The position numbers and the translations under genes are program-made. A stretch of DNA of 63,694 nt, counting the filler, from Choristocarpus tenellus KU-1152 (Eukaryota; Protista; Phaeophyceae): assembly GCA_964200185.2 (NCBI GenBank). It is 13 parts of 13 records of this genome, joined end to end, with 100 filler letters (N's around TTAATTAATTAA, not from the genome) between each part and the next. Parts side by side here need not be neighbours in the genome. Positions count along the whole stretch, not along the records: positions 1 to 9,585 come from CAXNAD020003555.1; positions 9,686 to 15,304 come from CAXNAD020010228.1; 11 more parts are not named here. The stretch is one strand, 5' to 3'. Positions 1-12,139 of this stretch are shown here, piece after piece (positions within the stretch are counted from its first letter, which is position 1; the number at the start of each line of letters is the position of its first letter). The notes beneath the pieces are model-generated. The model searched no databases and had not been told where the DNA came from. It was given only the letters and a program-made list of their open reading frames with translations.

Positions 1-71
1 CCAAAATTGCCACATGGAAAAAATGGGCTCCAACTGGACACCCACCACCCCCCCCCCAGATACTTTGAGCC
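1..71. mobile_element. Right end of G-tract MITE (family B)
   Basis: Ends CCCCCCCAGATACTTTGAGCC, matching the terminal repeat of copies at 45880-46062 and 62324-62436. Confidence 0.7.
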
Positions 72-470
72 TTCAATAATAATGTGTGGAGTTACCATGC
101 ACGGCTCTAGTGAGACGCTGATGTGGTTTGAGACACAGGAGTGTGTATTAGATGGAATAGCATTGTGTCGATATCTTGACATCTTTGGTGGTCTGAGAGG
201 GTTGTGTGTCACTCTTGTAGATGCTAACGTGTAGTAGCAAGTAGTGTTGGTATTCTATTTGATGTTCTTTGATACACTTTGTGCTGCTACTGGTACTAAC
301 TAGTTTTTATTTCTTTTCTTACTATTATTTTTTGCAATGCTAGTTGTGTAGCTTGCTGATTTACCCCGGAAAAATAAAAAAAGGTAGCCACCGTATGGTT
401 TGAGGCAATGCGGCGATGTGACGTAATAGATTTATGTGACGTGATCGTGACTGTTGCGGTGCATCACTAG

Positions 471-575
471 GTCCTTGCCCTCAACAAAAAACTGCTTGGC
501 GCTAAGCATCCCGGTGTGGCCAACACACTGAGCTACCTCGCAGAACTGCTCAAGGTGCAAGGGCATCTTGATGAG
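471..575 (+). CDS. Internal exon encoding one kinesin-light-chain-type TPR repeat (TPR_10/TPR_12-like)
   Basis: Acceptor ...catcactAG|; 105 nt, phase 0-0; translates VLALNKKLLGAKHPGVANTLSYLAELLKVQGHLDE (LG.HP.VA.TL..LA.L...QG..DE motif); donor GAG|GCAAGT (GC-type). Confidence 0.8.
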
Positions 576-2569
576 GCAAGTCAACAATTATCATGGGGGG
601 GGGAGGCAATGATGTTATGGGTGGCCAAGGGCAGTGGAAGGTAACAGGTCTTGAGTGCCTCAAATTGAGTGGGGGTTAGCGCTAGGTGTTGATGTCTGAT
701 GGTTTGATGGGTTGAATATCACGGTCTTGTTGGGTTATTTTTTGCAAGAATGGGATTTTGTTAATTGTGTTGTTGGGTAGGGGGGACGGCTTTCAGTGTC
801 TTGGGGGTATAGTACGTACATACGTGATGTTGGTAGGGCAGGGGAATGAGTATGACAGCGTAGCCCCTTCTTCTTCATCTGTTAGGCATCGGTTCAAACT
901 ATTTGCTGGGAGGCTATAAATGCACAATATGGTATCAAAGACACACGTTTTGTGGATGTCTTGCAGGAACTCATCATGATTTAGCCCTAAAATCTCAGTA
1001 GGGCTCTTTTATCACAGTGAATTAGTGCTTCCACATGTTCATTTTCATCGCATCCTACCACCCTCCTCCCTCCCCTCCCCCCCCATTGTTCCCACATAGG
1101 TCAAGTTTGTCCAGTGATCAAACGACTCTTGTATGCAGTGCAGTGTATGCCATACACATGCAATGATAGCCCTACCCCTACATAAGAAGTGTAAATTTCA
1201 ACATGTCATTTGACTGCATGTCAGAAATCTCTGTCCCATGGAATATAGTACCATAATACCATATTTTTTTACCACAAGAAAAACTCCCACCACACCTAAC
1301 TACTACTTGTATAAGAGATTCCTTCTGAACTGGAAGGTAGAGTCCATTTTGAGGTATCACCAGGACTTTGTAGCACGTAGGCAAGCGTATGGAGGTACTA
1401 TTTATGGTGTGATATTATCTTTCCCTACTCCTACTCCTACTCCTCTGGAGCATATAGGTGGTAATTGTATGCTTGCATGAGACACACCTGACACATTTTT
1501 CTTTTTGACGGATCCGTCTACATCTTCCGACACTGTCAAACAAACCCCTACATACCCCCTTATAACCCCCTGCTCCCATAGGAGGATGACCTCGACCATG
1601 ATAGATGAGTTTTATGTGATGGAAGTATCTCTTCGGTGTTGTGCAGTTACACCCATACACATTTCCATGGTGCATGTACTTTGGTATACATCAACAAGCT
1701 GCGCTACGAGCTATCAAATTGACTCGTTCGCTCCCCCGCCCCCTTTCTCCTGTGGTACATACGGACAATGATTCTCACATTGTTACAAGCCGATACGTAT
1801 CACAAAGAGGCCCTCAAGATCAGGAAGGATTATTATGGGCCTGTGCATGAATCCGTGGCGGAAAGTGCTGTCCTGCTTTCACTTCTACTGTCTCACAAGG
1901 GTGTGTGCACATGTGTCTCTGTGTGTGTGTGAACATTGCAAATATTTTGTCTTTTTTGTATTTTTATGAATTGATATTTTCTTTTTGATTTATATTTCAT
2001 GAAGTGGTGTTGTGGTTCTGTGTGAGAATTATTTTTTCTTGTTATTTTTGATGGTGGCTCTGATCGGTAGGAACGGTTAGAGGCTGAATATGAAACATGT
2101 TCATGATCTGTTATTCACATTTCTTGTTACTTGGAAGGGGTTCTTGTTGGTCACTCACAATTTACATCAATAGATACATTCATTGATGCAAAATAAAAAG
2201 ATATATCTATTGTGTCGAATCACTTCGAAATGACAATTGAGTAGAGGACTTGAGAGTCTGTAGTCGAAGATTTTGGAGGCGTTTTTGTTTGTTGTTGAGG
2301 TGTAGAGTGTGTGCATACAATACTGGGTGGTATGTATCTTCTTTATTAAGAATAGTTATCATTGTTCCTAAATCTCAAAAGGAAGCTCTAGGCAAACTGA
2401 GCGATACAACAAAATGGCAGTGGATATATCTGGGACAAATAGCCTCTTGATGAGGGGGGGGCGACATGAAGTTAGGTCTCCTGGTGGTGGAAGGGGATCA
2501 GCCACCCCTAAGGGAGGACGTACATCCCCAACAGATTCAGGAGAAATTTTGAGTGCTTTTTTTCCGTGT

Positions 2570-2862
2570 GTGCATCTGGATGGGTTAACAGTTGGGTTAA
2601 CAGATTTGTTGGGTTAACGATCAAACTCAACAGATTTGTTCAGTACACCAACTGGCTCAATTTTGCAAGTCTCCGGTCTGAATTAACGGGGGTCGGAATT
2701 GCTGTACTGGATACCAAAACCGGTATAGATGGGATCAGAACTGGTGTGTGTACCTAGTACAAAACCTGGTGTATCGAGTAACAGAACTGCTGTACTAAGT
2801 ACCAGAACTGCTATACCAAGTAACAAAACTGATGAACCACGTACTAGAACTGATGTTTTGGG
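2570..2862. repeat. Degenerate ~21-bp tandem repeat
   Basis: Units such as AGAACTGCTGTACTAAGTACC, AGAACTGCTATACCAAGTAAC and AAAACTGATGAACCACGTACT recur at 21-nt spacing. Confidence 0.65.
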
Positions 2863-3129
2863 AAGTGTGTTTGAAACTTATACTCCAAAAATGCTTTTAA
2901 CATACCAGGAGGGGCAACGAGAGATCGAGTGGTTTGTGGAGGTAAGGATATGTTGGAGAGGGTTGACTTTGTAGATTATTTCAATGCAGAGAGACCATGG
3001 ACTTGAAAGCTAAAATCAACTGTAGGTCGTCAGCCCAGGGGCTGGTGTCTGGAAAGGGGGACAGGTAGGGTAACTGGGAAAATTGTGTTGGTACAGTAGA
3101 TAGTTGTTTGTGATATGGCTAATGCCTAC

Positions 3130-3920
3130 ATGGTAGGGTAATAATATTACAGTCAGAATCAAAACGGAGAATATTATATTTTCTTCTTTTGGGTTGGTTG
3201 GGAGGGTAACTGGTCTAGAGAAAAGTTTTGGATGTCTCGTTTTTCTTATTGTGCATATTTATTAAAGTGGTAGCAGGAAAGAGTGGGATGTGCTTGGGTC
3301 TTATGGAAGGGGAGGCAATGACTGCGTTGGCATCATATATGTGTTTTAGAGTACTGTGTAAGATGCTATTGGTTAACATTGTGTTGAAAACCGATCCTCT
3401 CTATAGTCACACCAATCTCTTGAGGGAGATCAACTACATTTCAGGCGTTGGCATGACATTAATTGTAGTAACTCAAAAGGACCAAAATCGACCTCCCTCC
3501 TGGAGGGCTTTCACTATTTGCAAGGCACCCACTATTTGCATGTTGGATTTATAGAAACGTAGAAGGCGAACTATCGTTTGAGGTATAGATGGAGTGTACA
3601 TTTTGTTAATACATTTTTGGGGGGGACGTCTGTGTGTTAGTATGTGTACACAAATAGGTGTTGCTCCAAAGTACGTAGTGTATCGCATACAGTATGTTCA
3701 AGGTCTGTTCATATTTGAGCTTAGTACTTTACTCCAATGCCGTACTGCAGTTGTACATTCTTGGTGAGGTATCTCTTCTACATGTCTTGAATCACAACTC
3801 TGTGTTTATGAATTGTATTTTGTGATTGACGGAGGATGCGGGAGTAGAGTGCGATTTCTCTTTTTCTTGCTTAGGACTGTAGATTTTTCAATGTTGCCTT
3901 CCCACTTCTGATAAACTCCC
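3130..3920 (-). mobile_element. Possible decayed LINE AP-endonuclease remnant
   Basis: Minus-strand fragments loosely resemble APE motifs (ILVLLSYYN for GDFN, FDSDC for SDH) with many stops and frameshifts; weak. Confidence 0.3.
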
Positions 3921-5045
3921 TTCGGAATCAAAGCTTGGTTTCAATTTAGGTGTTTTTGGTGTGTGTTTACTGCAGTCCCTTGTCTCCTCCCTTTCCACAT
4001 CCACAGGACCCCCGCAAGAACTGCGCGAAGTTGGCTGTTGCACGGAGTATTACTCAACTTGATTCTTCTTGATCAGTCAGCTAATGAGTCCATGCCCAAT
4101 TTCAGCCTGGCTCCTCAGCAAAGTTAGTCGCAGGGCCTTTATGTATGGTGCTAGAGCTGGACTCAGAGCATTGGGCAATTGCCATGGAGGCACTGAAGGC
4201 ATTTCTGTGGTATCTCTTATGAACTGGTGTTGCGGGATTGACACTGCTCTGTGCTGCTATTAGAATCATGATTTGTTACGGAGGAGGCAAATTTACTTGA
4301 AATATTTGCAATTGTATTTTGTGATATGGATTATGCAAGGAAGGGCTTGGTGTATCAAAATTGTGAAGGGTGAGGGTGAGGGAAAGTAGATATGGTGAAG
4401 GATGGCTCCCTTGTCATTCCAGTGTAAAGTTTGTTTGGTGGGTTTTGTGGACGCTTGGTGGGTTAAGAATCGGCATTTGCGGTAAGCAAGTGGATCAGTT
4501 GGGGTGGGTGGGGAATATCTTCTTTTTTCCCTTGTGGGTATGTTTCATGGGGGTGCAGGACTTGCTTGAGGCAAGCAAAAAAGAGAACTTCCTGTGTTTA
4601 GCGCATGATGATGATGAAGCAAGGTTGGGAGGGGAGAAGGGGAGGGATCGAGAAGATGACAAGAAGCAAAGGATTGTGCATTATAATCTAGGATGGTGTC
4701 AAGAGGGGGTGGGGGAACATACACGTGCGTACTATTAGCACCTTCCACACCACCATAGATATCAAGCAGAGTACTGCTGTTGTAGCTGGTTTCAGTGCGC
4801 ACGTTTGGAAATGACTTGGCTGGAATGATTATTGCGGTTTGCTTGAGAGTAAAAATGCATGCGTTTGTCGTATTTGTATACAACTATTAATATTTGTACG
4901 TACGTAGGTCAAAGAGGAGAGAGTGACAAAACATTTTTTGCGTGTATGTTGTATGGAAATTGAGAAAGTGCCACGAGTCTCCCTCTTATGGATGAGGGGC
5001 AGTATGATGGCCATATCGGGGTGGGTAGATTAATTAACTCATTCT

Positions 5046-5047
<2 letters not shown>

Positions 5048-5085
<38 letters not shown>
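5048..5085. repeat. (GT)n microsatellite
   Basis: Uninterrupted GT run of about 38 nt. Confidence 0.95.
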
Positions 5086-5086
<1 letters not shown>

Positions 5087-6235
5087 GCTGAGCAGAGGCC
5101 CCCTTCTTAGTGTGAAGCCAGGTGCAATGGTGCCACTACTGGTGAGGTAAGTCTACCGCTACTATTGTACTGCAGAGGGAGGGCTCAGCTCATCCCAGTT
5201 ACGCCCCGACTGTGTGCTGATGGAAGGGGTAAGCATGTTTGCTTCTTGGCTGCAGAAAGTGCCCTCCCGTAGGAGTTCGCAAAGTTGCGAAGTATTGCAA
5301 TGTGACTCCATTTTGTTTCACTTAGTATTTTGTGTGACATTTTATTTGTTCATGATCATGTATGTACGATTCGGCAGGTACAGTTTTATTTTTGCTATGG
5401 TTTTCGTTTCTTCCTATGGGTTTCCCCTCGCTATGTTTGTTGATGGATAGCCAGCTAACTGCTTGTGTAAAGCTGGAGGTGGTTATCGCATGGCATCACT
5501 AGGAGTACATAGATTTGATCCCCATCAATCTCTTTTTTTTTCTCATCATTGCATGAAGGAAATTTGATCTTGGATATACATATATTTTATCATTATGCGC
5601 TTTTTTCAATGCTGCTGACTGCTCTTGCAGTATGTGCTGCTACCACCCTCTTATCACTCCTCACAGCTTTTTTTTATCGTAGTAGCAGCAGCGGTAGTAG
5701 TAGTGTCTGTCTCCGTGTTCTGGGGTTTGGAGAACGAGAACAAGCACTACTGGCGTTGTTGCTGAGGCTCCACCAGAAACAAAACAGTTTGAGCGATGTT
5801 GTATGGTAGCTCTACTTTGTATGGTCACCCCCCTGGTATTTGATAGCCTAGGTAGGTTCTGTATACTTGTAGCTGGTTTTACACGGCCACATGCATGTAG
5901 AAATAATACCACCGCTGTAGCATGATGTGGGCCTTACTCTCTTGCCTGTAGCCAGTCACGGGTTTTCTACACTTTTTCATGAATGGTGTTCCAAGGTGTG
6001 GTTCCAAAACTTTAATCAGGAGGAAGGAGCAGAGATAGATGCTTTTATCAGGCGTCACTGCTGCTGTTCTCTTTTTGCTGGCAGACTCTTAGAGAGAGCA
6101 AGGGGTTTACAAAGACGGCTAGCTTAAACGCAATAACAGAATCCCAGATGGGAGAGCCGTTTAGTACAAGGGGGCATCCTTGACTGCTTCCTGGTATATG
6201 TGCCTCTAGCCTAGTGCTGTGGGTGACAATTTCAC

Positions 6236-6490
6236 GAGTGAAAGTATCTTACGGGGTAGAGTCGCGTCCATTTGGGGGCTAAAATCCAATGTTGCAATTT
6301 GATGCAATTTTGGCTATCATGTTTGTTAGGAGATGTCAATATCCTCGTTCCGGACACTCCTTTTTATAACGTAAATATTTTACTTATTCCAAAACGTTTT
6401 GGAGAAGGTAAAATGTCATAAAAAATCGAGGGAAGCCAAGCCCCAAATGGACAAATAGGGAAACTCGTACCCTCTAAGATACTTTCACTC
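6236..6490. mobile_element. MITE family A, full copy, 3-bp TSD CAC
   Basis: TIR GAGTGAAAGTATCTTAcggGGTA ... TACCCTCTAAGATACTTTCACTC; flanks cac|...|cac. Confidence 0.9.
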
Positions 6491-6884
6491 CACCCTTGTT
6501 TAGATGAATTATCATCTCCTTTTTTCTATGACCACAGCCTCGTGGTGATGGGGATTGGCTGGCTTTTGGGCTCGAGAATGAGAGTGACAAGCAGAGGATT
6601 TTCAATTTCTTATATTTCAGCAAAAGTGCCTGAACCCCCTCTAGGCTCTAATTTTGGTGATTCAGTTGCTGAGTTTCACACAGGTACTACAGGGCAGAAC
6701 GGAGGAATGCGATGTCATGGGACATATTATGGTTTGTAGTTAGGCGATATATTCAACTTGGACGTTTTGTATATATTTAAGAGGTAGTTTATGACACAAC
6801 AAGAGGAGCCAACCATTTGGCGACACCATCCACAGAACATGTGCAATGCTGAATTTCTCATTATTCTCACAATTATGGGGCAAT

Positions 6885-7147
6885 GAGTGAAAGTATCTTA
6901 GAGGGTACGAGTTTTGCCCTGTTTGTCCATTTGGGGCTTGGCTTCCCATGGGTTTTTTAATGACATTTTCCTACTACTCCAAAATGCTTCGGAGTAGATA
7001 AAATGTATACGTTACAAAAAGGTGTGTCCAGAACTAGGATATTGACACTTCCTAACAAATACGATAGTCAAAATTACATCAAAATCGTAACATTGGATTT
7101 TGACCCCCCAAATGGACGCGGCCCTACCCTCCAAGATACTTTGGCTC
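6885..7147. mobile_element. MITE family A, full copy in opposite orientation, TSD AAT
   Basis: Same TIR and interior as 6236-6490, reverse-complemented; flanks aat|...|aat. Confidence 0.9.
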
Positions 7148-7431
7148 AATACAAACTACTGCTACTGGTCGGAATGAAATGTAACATAACTATTGCAAGC
7201 TCCGTTCTCACCCCAGAACCAACGTGATAAAACGAGGCTTAGCTCTCATATAGATTGGGAGGCATGCAAAGTTTGAGATGGTTGGTTGTTGTGACTGTTG
7301 ACTGACGGGGTGAAATTGCTTGTACTCCAATATACCATCACCAGGTGTGATCAAATGGTAGTATACAGCTAACATCTAGAAGACGTGTTAGCAGGGAAAT
7401 ACCAAACCTACGTCACAAAGACTACTACAAA

Positions 7432-7700
7432 ATATAATATTTTTGCCCTCTGCCATCTTCCAGATATTTATGTAACCAGTTGACATCAAAGGTTAGTACA
7501 CCTCTCTAAAATATATGCACTATTTGATATCTAACACTGTACAAAATAATGTCCTTTTCAAGGTTGTTAACTCTAAAGTAATGTATACACCGCTAAGCTT
7601 GTAACCTAGCTTAGCCCTAAGAAGGTGGGTGAGATGGTAGAGAAGCATCCCAAGAATCTCTCAGGCCCCTTCTTGCCCTTCTGCGTAGTTGCTTTTGAAG
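7432..7700 (-). mobile_element. 3' end of RLE-type LINE (family C), degenerate
   Basis: Contains AGAAGCATCCCAAGAATCTC (reverse complement of the DSWDAS segment) and a degenerate TGCCCTCTG terminus. Confidence 0.6.
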
Positions 7701-7739
7701 AATGTAGGCAAATATATGAAAATTTGTTTAATTGCATAT

Positions 7740-7910
7740 GTGTAGAGGGTATTTTCTGAATTGTATAAAAACAATTCCATACGATCGAGAAATAAACGCT
7801 CTCAAGTCAAACTTAGTAACTTCATCCATAGAAATATGGGTGAATTGCAAAATATTAAGAAACTGACGGAAAATGCAAGACAGCCAATACCTCTCGTATA
7901 CTTTGTCCAT
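7740..7910. mobile_element. MITE family D, partial
   Basis: CAAGTCAAACTTAGTAACTTCATCCATAGAAATATGG...TACCTCTCGTATACTTTG, shared with 16627-16902 and 47970-48184. Confidence 0.6.
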
Positions 7911-8129
7911 TTCTTTCATATCATAATGGTAGACCTGGTGGAGTGTCCATAGTACACAACCACTGAGTGAATATAAACGTACAATGCACGACTCATGCCA
8001 AAGCTGTGCTGGTAGGTACACTTCTAATAGTAATAGGTAGGGCTCTCTTAGTTTCTAAGGCGCCAACATTTGATCTATCTGGAGACTTCCCGATTCACAT
8101 GCATACAAACCTTAGTATTGTTAACAATT

Positions 8130-8495
8130 TTACCCTCTTATTTTTTTGAGGTTTGTCGGGGCGAGGGGAAAACCAAGACCAAAACTACTTGACAAGGACT
8201 AGCGTAGATACAACCAATCGTTGTTGTCAATGCTAGGAAACCTCCCTAAAATACGCACTATTTGGAAACTAACAATAGAAGAATGTTCCCTTGAATACTA
8301 ATTTATGCTATGCAATGTGTACACTGATATGGTTGAAGCCTAGCTCAGACCTACAATGTAGGGTGGGTGAGGATCTAGGGAAGCTTCCCCTGACTCTTTC
8401 AGGCCCCTTCTTGTCCACCTGCTGCCCAGTGTCTCTAGCTTCAAACGAAGGACGAGTATTGAGAGAGCCACTTGTGTAGTCACGAACGCGATCTC
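8130..8495 (-). mobile_element. 3' end of RLE-type LINE (family C variant)
   Basis: Minus strand reads EIAFVTTQVALSILVLRLKLETLGSRWTRRGL, homologous to the C-terminus at 51160-51310. Confidence 0.7.
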
Positions 8496-8539
8496 TTCCA
8501 TTGATTGACCAATTCCGGACCAACAAATCGTTTGTGGGT

Positions 8540-9102
8540 AGAGCGATACGACTCTATGATATTTCGAATGGGGACGGCACCAGCATTCCAACAACATGAC
8601 CAAAATTTCAGAGGGCACAACAATAAAAACACTCGGAGTTATAACCTCAACACCTTCATGATGGAAAATTTGGGTGCCTTGACAAGCATGCGGAACGTTT
8701 CCTGGGTGAGGTAGCTACACACGGGGTAGAGGGGGGAGGAACTGGAGGCTACAGCAAAGAAGGAGCCGTCAAATCCCGCCTACACTAGATAGTCTCAGTC
8801 ACAGCTTAAGTGGCCCTATCTAGATGGGTCATGCGTTTGAAGCTGGAGACACCAGGGAGATGGGCAAGAAGGGGTTTGTTAGATTCTTGGGATGCTTCCC
8901 TAGCTCCTCACCCTCGGGTGCAGGAACAGGTTTGAGACACAGGAAGGCAATAGTACAACATAGATAGTAGTAAAATAGGAAATAGATTAACATTTTACAC
9001 TTTTTGACAGCTGTTACTTCCTTAGAGATTTTTCAGACATGTGAATAGCTTTCATTACTTTTTCCCTGGCACATGTGCAAAATGTCAGAGAGCATAATAA
9101 TA
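8540..9102 (+). mobile_element. 5'-truncated RLE-clade (CRE-like) non-LTR retrotransposon with 3' UTR and (TAA)n tail
   Basis: RSYNLNTFMMENLG..., then IVSVTA*VALSRWVMRLKLE...DSWDASLAP; ends ...GCAAAATGTCAGAGAGCATAATAATA. Confidence 0.8.
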
Positions 9103-9244
9103 TTTCAAAAAAGAAAAAAAAACACTCGACACATCTGGAAAACATATTTTTATCAGACGTGTCACAGGAAAAATCAACAAAAACTATTCACATGTCAAAA
9201 TAAACCCTAAAATAGTAACACTTGTCATAAAAATTAAAAACATT

Positions 9245-9502
9245 GAGTGAAACTATATCAGAGGGTACAATTTTTGCCCTGTTTGTCCATTTGGGGCTTG
9301 GCTTCTCACGTGTTTTAAATGACATTCTACCTACTCCAAAATGTTTCGGAGTAGGTAAAATGTATACGATATGAAAATGAGTGTCCAGAACGTGGATGTT
9401 GACACTTCCAAACAAACACGATGGCCAAAATTACATCAAAATTGCCAAATTAGGTTTTGGCCCCAAATGGACGCGGCTCTACCCTCTAAGATAATTTCAC
9501 TC
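9245..9502. mobile_element. MITE family A, full copy, TSD ATT
   Basis: TIRs as above; flanks att|...|att. Truncated right ends also occur at contig starts 9686-9717 and 57178-57230. Confidence 0.9.
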
Positions 9503-9585
9503 ATTATCACAGCAGTAAACAGCTGATCACCAAAATTGAGGATGGAGCATACTATGGAGGATGAGTTTGACCCAAAATGCTGCGC

Positions 9586-9685
9586 NNNNNNNNNNNNNNN
9601 NNNNNNNNNNNNNNNNNNNNNNNNNNNNNTTAATTAATTAANNNNNNNNNNNNNNNNNNNNNNNNNNNNNNNNNNNNNNNNNNNN
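9586..9685. other. Artificial contig-joining spacer (44N-TTAATTAATTAA-44N). Identical spacers at 15305-15404, 18658-18757, 22368-22467, 27049-27148, 29653-29752, 34861-34960, 42316-42415, 48896-48995, 51645-51744, 57078-57177, 60135-60234
   Basis: Twelve 100-nt blocks with the same 12-mer giving stop codons in all six frames; flanking sequences are unrelated across each block. Confidence 0.98.
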
Positions 9686-10507
9686 CAAAACTCATACCCT
9701 CTAAGATAATTTCATTCTTTACCTAGTCCAGTGGACACCCTTCAAAGAAAGGAGGAGACAGCAAGCGAAAATCAAGGCGAAAAAATAATCAATAAACTCA
9801 CCCCATCTGCTTTACAGTTAGTTCTAGTTGCAAGAATAAAACACTCCAGACAGTAACCTTTTCCATGAACACACCATCAATTAGTTGTCCTCTCCCTTAA
9901 GACACTACAATAATACGTGTGGATGTATGTACTTGGAGTAGGATTGATTATGAAATGATGAAATGTGTAGATCATAGCATTATTCAGGTTTCCTTGCTGT
10001 GTCATTTACTCAGGAAACCAGCAACTACACTCAATCACATACCTCCCTCTTTGCTTCAACCACCTTCATAAATCAAACAGGTGCAAATTCTGCAACACAA
10101 ACTGTCCCAACTACTCTCACATGCAGAACTTCTTCCTAACAGTGAGTGTCTATGTAAAGCAACTAAGCATGGCACCTCAAATTTCTTTCCTCACCACACC
10201 AAAGTGTGCAGGTGGTAAAAAACACGTAGAATAGACAAATAGCTGCATTATATGTGTGGGGCATGCAGTAAGCAGTTTCATGTGGGGCTGCCAGGGCAAA
10301 ATATCAGCAGTTCTGGGAACCTTGCGCACGTCCAACAAATAAAGTCCGATATGTGGCGTAGAAATCAATTTCCGATAAATCAATGGTCATTCTTGTCAAA
10401 AATCGTAAATCTGAGTTATGCTCATTGGGGCACATCCTCACAAATCAAGGATTAGGAGTCTACTCTTTAATATGTGGATCCGAATCATTTGTAATCATTC
10501 TACATAT

Positions 10508-10820
10508 ATATTATTATGCCCTGTGATAGTTTGTAGATGTGTCAAGGGAAAAGTCAATTCAATGTCATAACCTCCGTAAAAGTAACAGTTGTTGTGGGTG
10601 TGAATGGTATCTCTTTGAAATCTATTTTTTATTTGACTACCAGCTATGCTACACCACTCTCCTCCTATGCCTCCAACCTATCTTAGACCTACACCCCAGG
10701 GCGGGGAGCTAGAGAAGCATCCCAAGAATCTCCAGGACTCTCCTTGCTCATCTCCCTGGTGCTCCAGCTTAAAACGCATGACATGTCTTGATAGAGCCAC
10801 TTATGTTGTGACAATTTGCA
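10508..10820 (-). mobile_element. 3' end of RLE-type LINE (family C)
   Basis: Begins TATTATTATGCCCTGTGATAG (reverse complement of tail); minus-strand ORF ends ...ESPGDSWDASLAPRPGV. Confidence 0.75.
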
Positions 10821-12047
10821 GATAAGAGAGTTGTACGTACGAATATTTGTACATGTTTTAAACGCAAGAGTGGTGACCCTGAGATACACAAAATATGACC
10901 ACAGACCACCGATATACGGAACATTCTACAGAAACATGTCCTAACTTACGAAATTAAGGGACACAAACATGACACGCTACAGACGCCATGTTACCCAGGA
11001 CCCTACTACGGTTTCTACAATTTGTTAGTTTAGAAGGGGGAGTGATTATTTTAATACAATCCATAGAACAAGGGGACAAAGTAATGTGCACAGTAACTAG
11101 CAGGGTTATATCGACAAATCAGGATTTGTACATCTTCCTCAACATGGAGTTGTATTCAGTACATGATTTATGGTACAAGATTCAGGGTTGGAACGACTTG
11201 TACATCTTCACCACTCCTCCAACCTTCACATCAAATATTTGTACATACTTTGTTTTCTACTGATTTGTGAAGGATAAACGAATAAAATCATGATTTGTCC
11301 GATTTTTGGGACCCTCGCAAAAGTCTGATGCTCATCTTCTCACTCAATGCAGTCCTCAAGGCAGGGTGTGTGATGTACGTTAAACATAGTAAAGGGATGC
11401 GAGGGCAAAGGCTCGAGTAGAAACAAGCGAGACTTAATTCGAAGGCCCAAGAAAAAGTACAAAATTGTGACACGGAATTTTGGAACTATTTCTAAACTCT
11501 TTGACATCTTCAATATTGAGAAAATAATGATTTTGTGGACACAAAGGTTTTAAGAACTGGAAGAGTTTTTTGTCCTTAAACTTATCCTTCCAGAAAGATG
11601 ATAATTATGGTGCACAGACTTCAAATACAGCTACTGCAACAACCAGTTGCTTTCCTTTTCTGTACTAGTAAAGCTACTACTTGGGTGAACTACAAAAAAG
11701 GTTTCACATGATAGGTCAAAATTGTGCATTATGGATGCCTATGCTATGAAGACTCGAATTGAGGCCTGAATGTAGTAGGGAAGGGATTCAATCTCTTCCT
11801 CATATTGCACCACTTCGCCATCAACATGCACAGGCTTGTACTTAGAGCATTGTTAGATGATTGCTCTTGGCACTGTTGGATCATGGCCTTGATCACACAT
11901 AGCACAGTATTTCCAGCAGCAGGAAATGACACTTGGACTGGGCAGGTAATACAAAAAGTTGAGGCATGCCTGTGATTGCTTCTCCAAGGTCAACTTGATT
12001 TTAAGCATGTTGCAGTGTCAAAACAAGGGAAGATGAATGCTGATTAC

Positions 12048-12139
12048 CTCCTTACTTCAGTCTCTTCTCTTTTCTGAACTTGCATCAAACGTAAGGACTC
12101 ATCTCGTCTGGGTCTCGTGTGGGGTATGAATGCATTCTC
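12048..12139 (-). CDS. Possible internal exon, unknown product
   Basis: gtgacAG|ENAFIPHTRPRRDESLRLMQVQKREETEVR|GTAATC; open frame with canonical sites, no recognisable domain. Confidence 0.35.

Noticed and set aside
929-1850. tRNA-Met PBS (TGGTATCA) and chromodomain-like fragments (WKVESILRY) as an LTR element
   Set aside because: Motifs are too short and degenerate, and no LTR pair was found.
9630-9641. Recurrent palindrome TTAATTAATTAA as a biological repeat or binding site
   Set aside because: Always centred in 44+44 N; it is a synthetic six-frame stop linker.
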